Assembly (NCBI GenBank): GCA_031459855.1
Contig: JAVKHP010000001.1
Coordinates: 2,702,309-2,766,308 of the forward strand
DNA from: Candidatus Fervidifonticultor primus
GTDB lineage: Bacteria > Sysuimicrobiota > Sysuimicrobiia > Sysuimicrobiales > Humicultoraceae
Length of the DNA: 64,000 bases
Reading direction: 5' to 3'
The position numbers and the translations under genes are program-made. Below the pieces are notes generated by a model that saw only the letters and a list, made by a program, of their open reading frames with translations, searched no databases and had not been told where the DNA came from. This document shows positions 9,007-17,530 of this stretch, piece after piece. The first letter of the stretch is position 1. Each line of letters starts with the position of its first letter.

Positions 9007-12000
9007 CTACCCGGCGGCCAGGTCGGCCAGCAGCGTGGCGGCGGGCCCGCCTGCCCAGGCGCGCAGGGCGGCCAGGGCCGCTCGCGCGCGCTCACCCTCG
9101 ACGTACCGCAAAGATCGATGCAGCGGCACGCGCCCGGCCACGTCGGCCAGCGTGTAGCGCACCGTCCCCAGATCCTCGCGGGTGAGCACGCCGGCCTCGG
9201 TCAGGATCGCCAGCGCGGCCTCGAGCTGGAGCGGACTGCAGCCACTCCCCTCCAGCACGGGCGACTGGTCCGGTGCGCCCGCGACAGTCCCTCCGGCCGC
9301 GCGGATGGCGCGGTAGCAGCGTACGAGCACGTCCCGCGGGGGAAACGTCTCCGCCAGCGCACCCTCGGCCGCCGCCAGGTGGTCGGGGCCGTACGCCAGG
9401 ATCACCGTCGCGCGCCGCCCGTCCGCCCCGGCCAGGGCCAGCTCCTCGACGGCCAGCAGGGGATCGGGACGGAGGCCCAGCGCGACGACGCGGCGCACAT
9501 CGGGGCAGATCGCGGGCGCGGTCGCGTGCGTCCCCAGCACCAGGCAGTCGAGCCGGCCGGCCCCGAACAGGTCCTCGAGCACCCGGCGCAGGGTCGCGGG
9601 CAGCCCGGCGTGGTAGTACGCGATACGGTCGTCCCGTCCGTCCTGGCGCATCCCTGCGGCGACCGTCACGCTGGTGGCGGGGTCGGCGACGATCACGACG
9701 GTCTTCCCGTCCTTGCCGTTCGCCCTCGGGCCTGCCCAGACGTCGGCCCCGCCGCCACGGCGGTCGACCAGCCTCAGGGTCTCGCGTGCTCCGCCGCCGA
9801 CCGCCACCATCGACAGACCGCGGGCCGCACACCGACGCACCAGAGCGTCCGGCAGCGGGCCCACCACGAGTCGCACGACCTCGCCGGCACGGTCCAGCAG
9901 GCGCTCGAGATCCTCTGCCGCCAGCGCGTCGGCCACGACGATGGCCGCAGCCACGGCGTCGGGGTGACGTTCCACCCACGGCAGCGATGCGATGAGCACG
10001 TCGAGCCGGTCCCCGGCCAGCGCTTCGGCCACCCGGCCGGCGACGGTCGGCGAGGCCGCGCCGTGGATGGCGGCCGCGCGCACGCCAAGAGCTCGCAACC
10101 ACGGCGCGGCGAGCTCCCACCACGCGTCGGCCACCGCTGCGCGCGGCACGGCCAGCACCGTGGGGCGTCGTCCGCGTGCCAGCACCGCAAGGGCAGCGAT
10201 GATCGCGGAGGACACCAGCCCGCGTCCGGGGCCCAGGGGCACCACCAGGCGCTCGCCACGGCGCAGACGCCCCCACGCGTCACGCTGCGCACAGGTGGGC
10301 GCACGGCCGCGCAGCAGACCGGCCACGAGCGCGTCCGGGACGTCGGTCTCCTCCGGCCAGTGCACCCGGCTGATGGTGTCGTCTGCCTCCGGATCGGCCA
10401 CCCCGGTGCGCTCGACCAGGATGTTGAGGCCCCAGGACCGCGCACCGCCGCCGGTCACCGCGGTGGCCGTGGCGACGTACCGTGCGCCGGCGTCCATGGC
10501 AGGGGCGAGGTGCGCGGCGAGGCGCGCCCGCAGAAACCCCAGGTGCGTGCCATCCAGCCGGCAGACCGCGATGGCATACGGGTCGCGCGGGTTGGACGGC
10601 TCGCGTACCAGACGCAGCCGCTCCCCGGGCTGCACCCTGGGCACCACGGCCTGTCGTCCGGCGTAGGTCACCCCCACGACCTTGGTGTGGAATGCGCCGG
10701 CGTGCTCCAGCGGGCGTCGGCCGCTCTCGAGCGCATCGAGGTAGTCGGACGCCCGGGCGAACAACCGCTCGAGCACCTGGCGCGTATCGGTCGCCACCGC
10801 GTCCAGGTCGACCCCCGGTGTGACCATGTCCACGGCGACCAGCCGGAGCGCAGGGGCATCGCCCCAGGTGTCCAGCGCGAGGGTGTACGCAAGGTCCACC
10901 GAGGCCTGGGTGAAGGCCAGGAGTTCGGCCTTCTCGCCTTCCCGGAAGGCGATCACTTCTGCCGTACGGTGGCCGTCGCCGACCACCAGGCGCAAGTGCG
11001 TCCCGTCGCCGACGAGGCGTGTCGCCACCGCCCGCAGCCCGCGGGTAGCGAACACCGGCTCGGGGTTGCCCGGGCCGTGAGGGGCCAGGAGGCCCAGGGC
11101 GTCGACGAGGTCCTGGGAGAGAGCCTCCAAACCCACCTCCGCGTCGATCGCCACGATCGGGCGCAGGTCGTCGGCCGTGACCCTGGCTGCCACGGCGTCC
11201 TCGAACGCGCGGGCGAAGGCGTCGACGGCATCGGCGGCGATGGACAGGCCGGCGGCCATGGCGTGGCCCCCGTAGGCCAGCAGGTGGCTGTCCGCCGCGC
11301 GCAGCGCCTCGACCAGATGAACCGCGGGGACGCTGCGCGCCGAGCCCCGGCCGCTGCTACCCTCCAGGGCGATCAGCACCACCGGGCGGTACAGGCGCTC
11401 TGCCAGCTGGGAGGCCACGATCCCGACCACGCCCGGATGCCATCCTTCCTGCGCCAGGACCACCGCCAGGCGCACCCCCAGCCCATCCCGCTGCACGCGC
11501 TCGAGCGCCTCGGCGAACACGGCGTCACACAGCTGGCGCCGCTGCCCGTTCAACCGATCGAGGGTCTGCGCCAGCGCGCGTGCCTCCTGCGGGTCCTCGG
11601 TGAGTAGCAGGCGCACGGCGTCCCGGGCGTCGGCCAGCCGACCGGCGGCGTTGAGCCGCGGCGCCAGGCCATGCGAGACGTCCCGCACCACAAACGGCGA
11701 CCGCAGCCCGGCGACGTCGGCGAGCGCGGCCAGGCCCGGCAACGTTCGGCGGGCGAGGTGCGCCAGTCCGACGGCGACCAGCACGCGGTTGTCGTCGAGC
11801 AACGTCACCGCATCGGCGATCGTGCCCACGGCGGCCAGCGCGACCAGGTCCGCGGGCACCATATGGCCCCGGCGGGCGAACAGCGCGCGGGCGAGCTGGA
11901 GGGCCAGTCCCGCAGCGCAGTAGTCCCCTGGGCGGGGCGACTGCCGTTTGGGGTTGACGAGGGCGGCAACGGCGGGGAGCTGCTCCGGGGGCTCGTGGTG

Positions 12001-12510
12001 GTCCAGGATCACGACGTCCACCCCATGCGCACGGGCCACGTCGGCAGCGGCATGGGCCGTGGTCCCGCAATCCACGGCGAGCAGCAGCCCGGCCCCGCGC
12101 GTTGCCAGCGTCGCGACCGCCTCCGGGTGGAGCCCGTACCCGTCGCGGCGTCGGTCGGGCACGTAGAAGTCGACGTTGCCACCCAGCGTCCGCAGTGCGC
12201 GCACGAGGATGGCCGTGGCCGTGACACCGTCGGCGTCGTAGTCGCCGTAGACCACGATGGGCCGGCGCGCTTCCAGCGCGCCGGCCACGCAGGCCACCGC
12301 CCGGGCCATGTCCGCCAGCTGCAAGGGATCCTGAAGCCGGTCCAGGTGGGGAGCGAGGAACGCCTGGGCGGCCTGCGGGTCGCGCAGCCCGCGGTTGACC
12401 AGCACCCGCGCCACCAGCGGATGCACGCCCAGGGCTGTGGTCAGGGTGGCTGCCGCCGGATCTGCCGGCGCAATCCGCCACCGGGTCCCCTGCCCCTGCG
12501 TGTGCGTCAC
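9007..12510 (-). CDS. recJ: RecJ single-stranded-DNA exonuclease (DHH, DHHA1, OB) fused in frame to a HIRAN domain and a degenerate RecQ-like helicase core plus RQC-like C-terminus. About 1170 aa.
   Basis: DHH motifs (VVYGDYDADGVTA, VDCG, DHHEP), DHHA1 (GGHAMAAG) and an OB fold, then HIRAN (VVGVTYAGRQ...GERLRLVREPSNPRDPYAIAV...LGFL), then a RecQ-like fold with lost catalytic motifs (GPGRG in place of GGGKS, ADALA in place of DEAH) and a helicase-C-like IAYYHAGLPATLRRVLEDLFGAGRLDCLVLGTHATAPAICPDVRRVVALGLRPDPLLAVEELALAGADGRRATVILAY. It is a single open frame. Start is probably the GTG at 12510; the ORF-track start is 12633. Confidence 0.85.
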   Translation of the reverse strand: MTHTQGQGTRWRIAPADPAAATLTTALGVHPLVARVLVNRGLRDPQAAQAFLAPHLDRLQDPLQLADMARAVACVAGALEARRPIVVYGDYDADGVTATAILVRALRTLGGNVDFYVPDRRRDGYGLHPEAVATLATRGAGLLLAVDCGTTAHAAADVARAHGVDVVILDHHEPPEQLPAVAALVNPKRQSPRPGDYCAAGLALQLARALFARRGHMVPADLVALAAVGTIADAVTLLDDNRVLVAVGLAHLARRTLPGLAALADVAGLRSPFVVRDVSHGLAPRLNAAGRLADARDAVRLLLTEDPQEARALAQTLDRLNGQRRQLCDAVFAEALERVQRDGLGVRLAVVLAQEGWHPGVVGIVASQLAERLYRPVVLIALEGSSGRGSARSVPAVHLVEALRAADSHLLAYGGHAMAAGLSIAADAVDAFARAFEDAVAARVTADDLRPIVAIDAEVGLEALSQDLVDALGLLAPHGPGNPEPVFATRGLRAVATRLVGDGTHLRLVVGDGHRTAEVIAFREGEKAELLAFTQASVDLAYTLALDTWGDAPALRLVAVDMVTPGVDLDAVATDTRQVLERLFARASDYLDALESGRRPLEHAGAFHTKVVGVTYAGRQAVVPRVQPGERLRLVREPSNPRDPYAIAVCRLDGTHLGFLRARLAAHLAPAMDAGARYVATATAVTGGGARSWGLNILVERTGVADPEADDTISRVHWPEETDVPDALVAGLLRGRAPTCAQRDAWGRLRRGERLVVPLGPGRGLVSSAIIAALAVLARGRRPTVLAVPRAAVADAWWELAAPWLRALGVRAAAIHGAASPTVAGRVAEALAGDRLDVLIASLPWVERHPDAVAAAIVVADALAAEDLERLLDRAGEVVRLVVGPLPDALVRRCAARGLSMVAVGGGARETLRLVDRRGGGADVWAGPRANGKDGKTVVIVADPATSVTVAAGMRQDGRDDRIAYYHAGLPATLRRVLEDLFGAGRLDCLVLGTHATAPAICPDVRRVVALGLRPDPLLAVEELALAGADGRRATVILAYGPDHLAAAEGALAETFPPRDVLVRCYRAIRAAGGTVAGAPDQSPVLEGSGCSPLQLEAALAILTEAGVLTREDLGTVRYTLADVAGRVPLHRSLRYVEGERARAALAALRAWAGGPAATLLADLAAG

Positions 12511-12610
12511 CTCGCCACCATCACTGCAGGTCTGAGGCGACGTCGCCCCGCCTCCGTCCTCGTCCGGCGCGTCAGGCGGGACCTGGAACACCACAGCGGG
12601 CCGGGGACGC

Positions 12611-12725
12611 GCTGCACGTCGGTTCCCGCCCATCGCGCGCTGGCACCAAGACGTCGACGACTTCGTGCGTGGGAACGCCGATGGGAACGATGTGCACCTC
12701 GGTTCCCGCCCATCGCGCCGGCACC
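12611..12725. repeat. Two about 26-35 nt direct repeats (TGCAC(G/C)TCGGTTCCCGCCCATCGCGC...GGCACC), 80 bp apart, with a partial inverted copy between them, in the recJ upstream region.
   Basis: Copy 1 at 12611-12647, copy 2 at 12691-12725. GGGAACGCCGATGGGAACG at about 12671-12689 is partly complementary to the repeat core. Confidence 0.45.
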
Positions 12726-12742
12726 GGCGGCCGGCGGCGCCT

Positions 12743-13027
12743 TCAGGCGCCGGGTTCCGGCCGGTCGCCCGGCACGCCCCGCGCCGCTTCCAGTTCGCGC
12801 ACCCGGGCTTGCAGCTCGCGGACGCGCGCGCGCAGGTGCTGCTGGCCCAGCAGGCTGCTGACGAAGACCAAGAGGCCGCCGATCACGGCGCCGCCGACGA
12901 CGGCCAGGGCCACCGTGGTCTGCACCTGCCAGACGAGGAACCGGAGCACGACCGGGTCGGGGTTGTACAGGGCGAACACGGTCACCCCGACCAGCAACAG
13001 CAGCGCGAACAGCGTGAACGCCGACAC
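12743..13027 (-). CDS. Small membrane protein with LapA/DUF1049-like topology (two TM helices plus a C-terminal coiled-coil RxR-ELQ repeat).
   Basis: VSAFTLFALLLLVGVTVFALYN...TVALAVVGGAVIGGLLVFV...LRARVRELQARVRELE. GTG start at 13027 is preceded by a strong GGTGAGGAGGG RBS. The ORF-track start is 13057. Confidence 0.6.
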   Translation of the reverse strand: MSAFTLFALLLLVGVTVFALYNPDPVVLRFLVWQVQTTVALAVVGGAVIGGLLVFVSSLLGQQHLRARVRELQARVRELEAARGVPGDRPEPGA

Positions 13028-13093
13028 GTCGCCCTCCTCACCTGCTGCCGGTCGCACGGCACGTCACAGACGCCACCCCTGGCAGGTACCGGG

Positions 13094-14104
13094 TCAGCGC
13101 CGGCGACTCCGCCGGCGTCCCGGTGCGGACGGCGCGGCCGCACTGACCGCAGCCTCCGGTGCGGGACCCTGCGCGGCCAGCGCCGCACGCCCGCGCCCGG
13201 CCCGCCGTTCGGCCCAGAGGTGCCAGTCGACGAGCAGCGCGCTGGCGTTGAACACGGACGAGTACGCCCCGGTGAGAATCCCCACGATCAGCCCAAACGC
13301 GAAGTCCCGGGTGGTGGAGCCCCCGAAGAGGTAGAGCGCCCCAAGCGCCAGCAGGGTCGTCAGCACCGTGTTGATGGAGCGCACCAGCGCTTCCAGCAGG
13401 CTGCGGTTGACCAAACGGTCGAAGGGCTCGCGCGTCCGCAGGGCCAGGTTCTCCCGGATCCGGTCGAAGACCACGATCGTGTCGTTGATCGAGTAGCCGA
13501 CCACCGTGAGGAGCACGGCCACGAAGCTGCTGTTGACCTCCTTGCGGGTCAGGGCGAAGACCCCCACGACGACCAGCAGGTCGTGCAGCAGGGCGGCGTC
13601 GGCCGTGAGCGCGTAGCGCACGGACCGGAACCGATAGGAGATGTACAGCACCTGCAGGGCCAGGCCCAGGACGACCGCCACGATGGCCACGTTGCGCAGC
13701 TCTCTGCCGATCTTCGGCGAGACCTGCTCGTGCTGCAGCACCGTGACGCGGCCAAACTGCGCGCGTAGTGCCGCCAGCATCCCCTCACGGGCCTCCGCCG
13801 CCATCGGCCGGGTGCGGATGAACAGCAGGCCGTCGCGCTCCTCCTGGCCGCCGCGCTGGATGATGCTCTGCCCCACCGCGTAGCGGTCCACCACAGCACG
13901 CACTTGGTCGAGGGTGAAGGGCCGTTCGACCCGCAGCTGGAAGAAGTCGCCGCCGGTGAAGTCGACCCCCCAGTTGAGGGCACCGCGGCCCTGGGCCGCG
14001 TGCCAGACCAGGGCCACCACCCCGGGCACGATGACCAGCAGCGACAGCAGGTAGCCCCATCGGCGGCGGCCGATGATGTCCCACAGGCGAGGCGCGTCGG
14101 TCAT
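13094..14104 (-). CDS. secF: Protein translocase subunit SecF.
   Basis: Six-TM SecF family sequence. 4-nt overlap with the secD stop. Confidence 0.9.
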   Translation of the reverse strand: MTDAPRLWDIIGRRRWGYLLSLLVIVPGVVALVWHAAQGRGALNWGVDFTGGDFFQLRVERPFTLDQVRAVVDRYAVGQSIIQRGGQEERDGLLFIRTRPMAAEAREGMLAALRAQFGRVTVLQHEQVSPKIGRELRNVAIVAVVLGLALQVLYISYRFRSVRYALTADAALLHDLLVVVGVFALTRKEVNSSFVAVLLTVVGYSINDTIVVFDRIRENLALRTREPFDRLVNRSLLEALVRSINTVLTTLLALGALYLFGGSTTRDFAFGLIVGILTGAYSSVFNASALLVDWHLWAERRAGRGRAALAAQGPAPEAAVSAAAPSAPGRRRSRRR

Positions 14105-15462
14105 CGTCGCGCCCCTCCCGCCATGCGCTCCAGCGCGCCGCCCAGGCCCAGGGCGTCGAGGCCGTCGGCGAGCGCCCGGGTGACCACGATGGCCGTGAAC
14201 ATGCTGACGACGACGCCGACGCTGAGCGTGACGGCGAACCCGCGGATGGGCCCGCTACCCAGCAGGAAGAGCACCAGCGCCGCCAGCAACGTGGTGACGT
14301 TCGAGTCCAGGATGGTGGTCATGGCGCGCCGCCATCCGGCCGTCATCGCCGCCCGCACGCCCTTCCCGCCCCGCAGCTCCTCTTTCATCTTCTCGAAGAT
14401 GATCACGTTGGCGTCGTCCGCCATGCCCACCGACAGCACGATGCCGGCCACGCCCGGGAGCGTCAGCGTAGCGCCCAGACCGGTCAGGACCGCGACGAGG
14501 AACACCAGGTAGGCCGCCAGCGCCAGGACGGCGAGCACGCCGGCGGCCCCGTAGTAGAGGGCCATGAACCCCGCCACGGCCACGGAGGCGATGCCAGCGG
14601 CTTTCAGGCTGGCCTGAATCGAGTCACGGCCCAGCTGGGGGCCCACGGTGCGGTTCTCCACCACCTCGACGGGGATGGGGAGCGCACCGCCCCGCAGCAG
14701 CACGGCCAGGTCCCGGGCCTCCTCGATGGACCGAAACCCGCCGCTGATGACCCCCCGCCCGCCGGTGATGCGGTCGCGGATCACCGGCGACGAGATCACC
14801 TCGTTGTCGAGCACGATGGTGAGGTAGCGGCCGATGTTCTTGCCGGTGAACTCCTCGAAGATCCGGCTGCCGCGGCCGTGGAACTCGAACTGCACGATGG
14901 GCTCGGCGGTGGTCTGGTCGAACGCGGCACGGGCATCCCGCAGGTCCGCGCCGGTGAGCACCACCTTCTTCTCCAGCGCCAGCGGCGCCGGCGGGGCCTG
15001 CCCGGCCGGCGCGGGCAGGGTGACGGTCTTGCCATCAGCGCTCCACCGCGCGCCCTCGGGCAGCTGCTGGGTCCCGGTGTCGACGAACTCCAGCAGCGCG
15101 GTCGTGCCGATGAGCCGGATGGCCCGGTCGGGATCCTCGATGCCGGGCAGCTCGACGATGATCCGCGTCGCGCCCTGGCGCTGGATGGTCGGCTCCACGA
15201 CCCCCAGCTGGTCGATGCGCCGCTCGATCACCCGCATGGCGGCGTCCACCGCTTCGGGTGTGGCCTTCGTGGTGGGCGAGTCGCGGCCTTCGAGCACCAG
15301 CAGGCTGCCACCCTGGAGATCGAGGCCGAGGTTCATGCGCAGGGCGGCGCCCTGCCACGCCGGACGCCATCCGTGGAGACGAACCGGCTGGAAGGCGATC
15401 TGCACGGCGACCAGCACCAGGACGAGGATCAGGAGTAGCCGAAGACCGACGCGCGATCCCAC
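14101..15462 (-). CDS. secD: Protein translocase subunit SecD.
   Basis: SecD periplasmic domain plus TM bundle. GAAAGGGGA RBS before the GTG at 15462. Confidence 0.9.
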   Translation of the reverse strand: MGSRVGLRLLLILVLVLVAVQIAFQPVRLHGWRPAWQGAALRMNLGLDLQGGSLLVLEGRDSPTTKATPEAVDAAMRVIERRIDQLGVVEPTIQRQGATRIIVELPGIEDPDRAIRLIGTTALLEFVDTGTQQLPEGARWSADGKTVTLPAPAGQAPPAPLALEKKVVLTGADLRDARAAFDQTTAEPIVQFEFHGRGSRIFEEFTGKNIGRYLTIVLDNEVISSPVIRDRITGGRGVISGGFRSIEEARDLAVLLRGGALPIPVEVVENRTVGPQLGRDSIQASLKAAGIASVAVAGFMALYYGAAGVLAVLALAAYLVFLVAVLTGLGATLTLPGVAGIVLSVGMADDANVIIFEKMKEELRGGKGVRAAMTAGWRRAMTTILDSNVTTLLAALVLFLLGSGPIRGFAVTLSVGVVVSMFTAIVVTRALADGLDALGLGGALERMAGGARR

Positions 15463-15505
15463 CGGGCAATCCCCTTTCGATCACGGGCGCAGCGCGCGAG
15501 GGCGC

Positions 15506-15526
15506 AAAAAAAGAGGGCCACGGCCC
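15506..15526 (-). terminator. GGGCCGUGGCCC hairpin followed by UCUUUUUUU. Intrinsic-terminator-like element located at the predicted 5' end of the secD leader.
   Basis: Forward strand shows aaaaaaa (15506-15512) then gagggccacggccc. On the minus strand this is a GC hairpin followed by a U7 tract. Confidence 0.5.
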
Positions 15527-15531
15527 GGCTC

Positions 15532-15561
15532 ATTATAGGCGTCTGAGGAATGCAGTGTCAA
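15532..15561 (-). promoter_or_regulatory. Consensus sigma70-type promoter TTGACA-N18-TATAAT for secDF.
   Basis: Minus strand reads TTGACActgcattcctcagacgccTATAAT. Perfect hexamers in a 72% GC background. Shares TTGACACTGCA with the yceD promoter. Confidence 0.55.
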
Positions 15562-15605
15562 ACCACGGGCCCACCGGCCCACCGACGCCGCATGCGGGCA
15601 GGGGG

Positions 15606-16616
15606 ATGGCCGTAGCGCCCACGAACACTGCGTCCGTGAGCCTGTGGCCCGCTGGCGCCGAGGCGACGCCGCGTCCCCTCCGTGTGGACGGCTGCGAGGT
15701 CTTCGTGGGCACCTGTTCGTGGGCCGACCGGGGCCTTCTGGCCAGCGACTTCTATCCGCGCGGCGCCCGCACCGACCCGCAGGCGCGCCTGCAGCACTAC
15801 GCATCCGTCTTCCCCACCGTCGAAGTGGACGCGTCGTACCACGCGCTCCAGCCCGCCGAGCGCGCGCGCCAGTGGCTGGCGTGGACGCCACCGTCGTTTC
15901 GGTTCAACGTGAAGGCCTTCGCCTGGCTGACCGGACACGAGAGCGACCCGCGGCGGCTGCCGCCGGGCATCGCGGCGCTGCTCCCGGCTGCGCTGCGGGA
16001 GGGCGGGCCGGTGGCGGGCACGCACGTGCCCGAGGAGGCGCTCGCGGCCGCCTGGGACGCCTTCGCGGCCTTCGTCGACGTCTTCGCGCGCGCAGGCCGG
16101 CTCGGCTACGTCCTGTTCCAGTTTCCCAAGGGCCGGGGCTTCTCGCCCGACCTGCTGGCCTCGCTTGAGGCCTGGATGCCGTACCTGCGCGCCTGGCCGG
16201 TGGCCGTCGAGATCCGCCACCGGGACTGGCTGTTCCGCCGCCACCGCGAGACCTTCCTGGGCTACCTGCGCGCGCGCGGCTTCGCCTACGTCGTCCCCGA
16301 CCTGGTCCAGGCGCAGTACCTCCCTCCGCCGGAGCTCGTCGTCACCGCCGACTGGTCCGTGGTGCGGTTTCACGGCCGCAACCCTGCGCTGCTGGAGCGG
16401 CGGGCGCCTACCGAGCGGGCCTACGACTACCTGTACTCGCCAGACGAGCTCTGCGCCTGGGCCCGCGACGCCCGCACGCTCGCGGGCCAGGTGCGGACAC
16501 TGTACTTGATGTTCAACAACCACGCGCGGGGTCACGCAGCGCGCAACGCCCGCCAGATGGTCGACCTGTTGGCCGGCGGCTTCGACGATCCCGCAGGCGC
16601 AGCGCGGGCACAGTGA
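15606..16616 (+). CDS. DUF72 (YecE-like) family protein.
   Basis: VFVGTCSWAD...YHALQPAERARQWLAWTPPSFRFNVKAF...YVLFQFP...YLMFNNHARGHAARNA matches the DUF72 hallmarks. ATG at 15606 with a GGGGG RBS. The ORF-track start at 15258 overlaps secD. Confidence 0.8.
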   Translation: MAVAPTNTASVSLWPAGAEATPRPLRVDGCEVFVGTCSWADRGLLASDFYPRGARTDPQARLQHYASVFPTVEVDASYHALQPAERARQWLAWTPPSFRFNVKAFAWLTGHESDPRRLPPGIAALLPAALREGGPVAGTHVPEEALAAAWDAFAAFVDVFARAGRLGYVLFQFPKGRGFSPDLLASLEAWMPYLRAWPVAVEIRHRDWLFRRHRETFLGYLRARGFAYVVPDLVQAQYLPPPELVVTADWSVVRFHGRNPALLERRAPTERAYDYLYSPDELCAWARDARTLAGQVRTLYLMFNNHARGHAARNARQMVDLLAGGFDDPAGAARAQ

Positions 16617-16681
16617 CGCGTCCGAGACGGCCACGCCCGAGATGCCGGTGTGCTGGTGCCGGAAGGCTGCAACCGGCGCGC

Positions 16682-17530
16682 TCAGCGCGGGACCACCCGG
16701 AACCGCAGGTACCACTCGCGGACGTCGGGCGCGCGATACTGGTACTCGCTGACGAGGACGAGCTGCGCCCGCGCGCCGCCCAGCAGACCCGCCAGCACCC
16801 GCGGGTCGGGGACGCCGGCGATCTGCGCGGTGACGGTCACGAACAGCTCGTCGACCAGGCCGGCGTCGGCCAGCCGACGGTTGAACGCGGGGCCGCCCTC
16901 CGCCAGCAGGCGGCGCCATCCGCGCGCCGCGAGCAGCCCCAGGGCAGCAGCGAGATCGACCTCGCCGCCGGGACCGACCGGCGTGACGAGCACCTCCGCA
17001 CCGGCTGCTTCCAGCTGGCGCCGGTCGGCTGCGCGCGCGAGTTCGGTGGTCAGGACCACGGGCCGCACCTCGCCGTGGGTGAAGAACCGCTTGGCCAGCA
17101 CCTCCGGGGCGAACTCCGCCCGCCGCGTAACGACGACGGCTGCGGGGTTCGCCGGGCGGCCGCTGGCGCGGCGGGCGGCCTGCAGCACCGGATGGGTGAC
17201 CGCCACCACGTCGTTGCGACGCAGGGTGCCTGCGCCGCTGAGTACCGCATCGGCCCAGCCCCGCAGGGTGTGGAACAGGTAGTGATCGACCGCGGAGCCG
17301 AGCGTCCACGCCCTGCCGTCGACCGCCACGGCGCCGTCGAGGGTCTGCACCATGTTGACGATCACCGCCGGCCGGTCGGCCGGGACGCGTACGTCCAGGT
17401 CGCGGTAGACCTCGGCCAGCGGCTCGGTCGCCGGAAAGGGTCGGGAGGCGTGGTACACCAGGTGGAGCACGTCGGGCAGAGCGTCCGGCCCGTCGTGGCG
17501 GCGCGGTGCGTCAGAACTCAATGACCGCAC
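16682..17530 (-). CDS. RibD C-terminal domain / dihydrofolate-reductase-like reductase (bacterial bifunctional deaminase-reductase C-terminal domain family).
   Basis: VIVNMVQTLDGAVA...GGPAFNRRLADAGLVDELFVTV is typical of the RibD_C family. Confidence 0.8.
   Translation of the reverse strand: MRSLSSDAPRRHDGPDALPDVLHLVYHASRPFPATEPLAEVYRDLDVRVPADRPAVIVNMVQTLDGAVAVDGRAWTLGSAVDHYLFHTLRGWADAVLSGAGTLRRNDVVAVTHPVLQAARRASGRPANPAAVVVTRRAEFAPEVLAKRFFTHGEVRPVVLTTELARAADRRQLEAAGAEVLVTPVGPGGEVDLAAALGLLAARGWRRLLAEGGPAFNRRLADAGLVDELFVTVTAQIAGVPDPRVLAGLLGGARAQLVLVSEYQYRAPDVREWYLRFRVVPR

Noticed and set aside
6351-11607. Plus-strand ORFs of 944 aa (6351-9185) and 931 aa (8812-11607), and many other 100-600 aa plus-strand ORFs across the window.
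   Set aside because: They are antisense to well-supported rel and recJ genes, have no recognisable domains, and consist of Arg/Ala/Pro/Gly-rich low-complexity translation typical of non-coding frames in 72% GC DNA.
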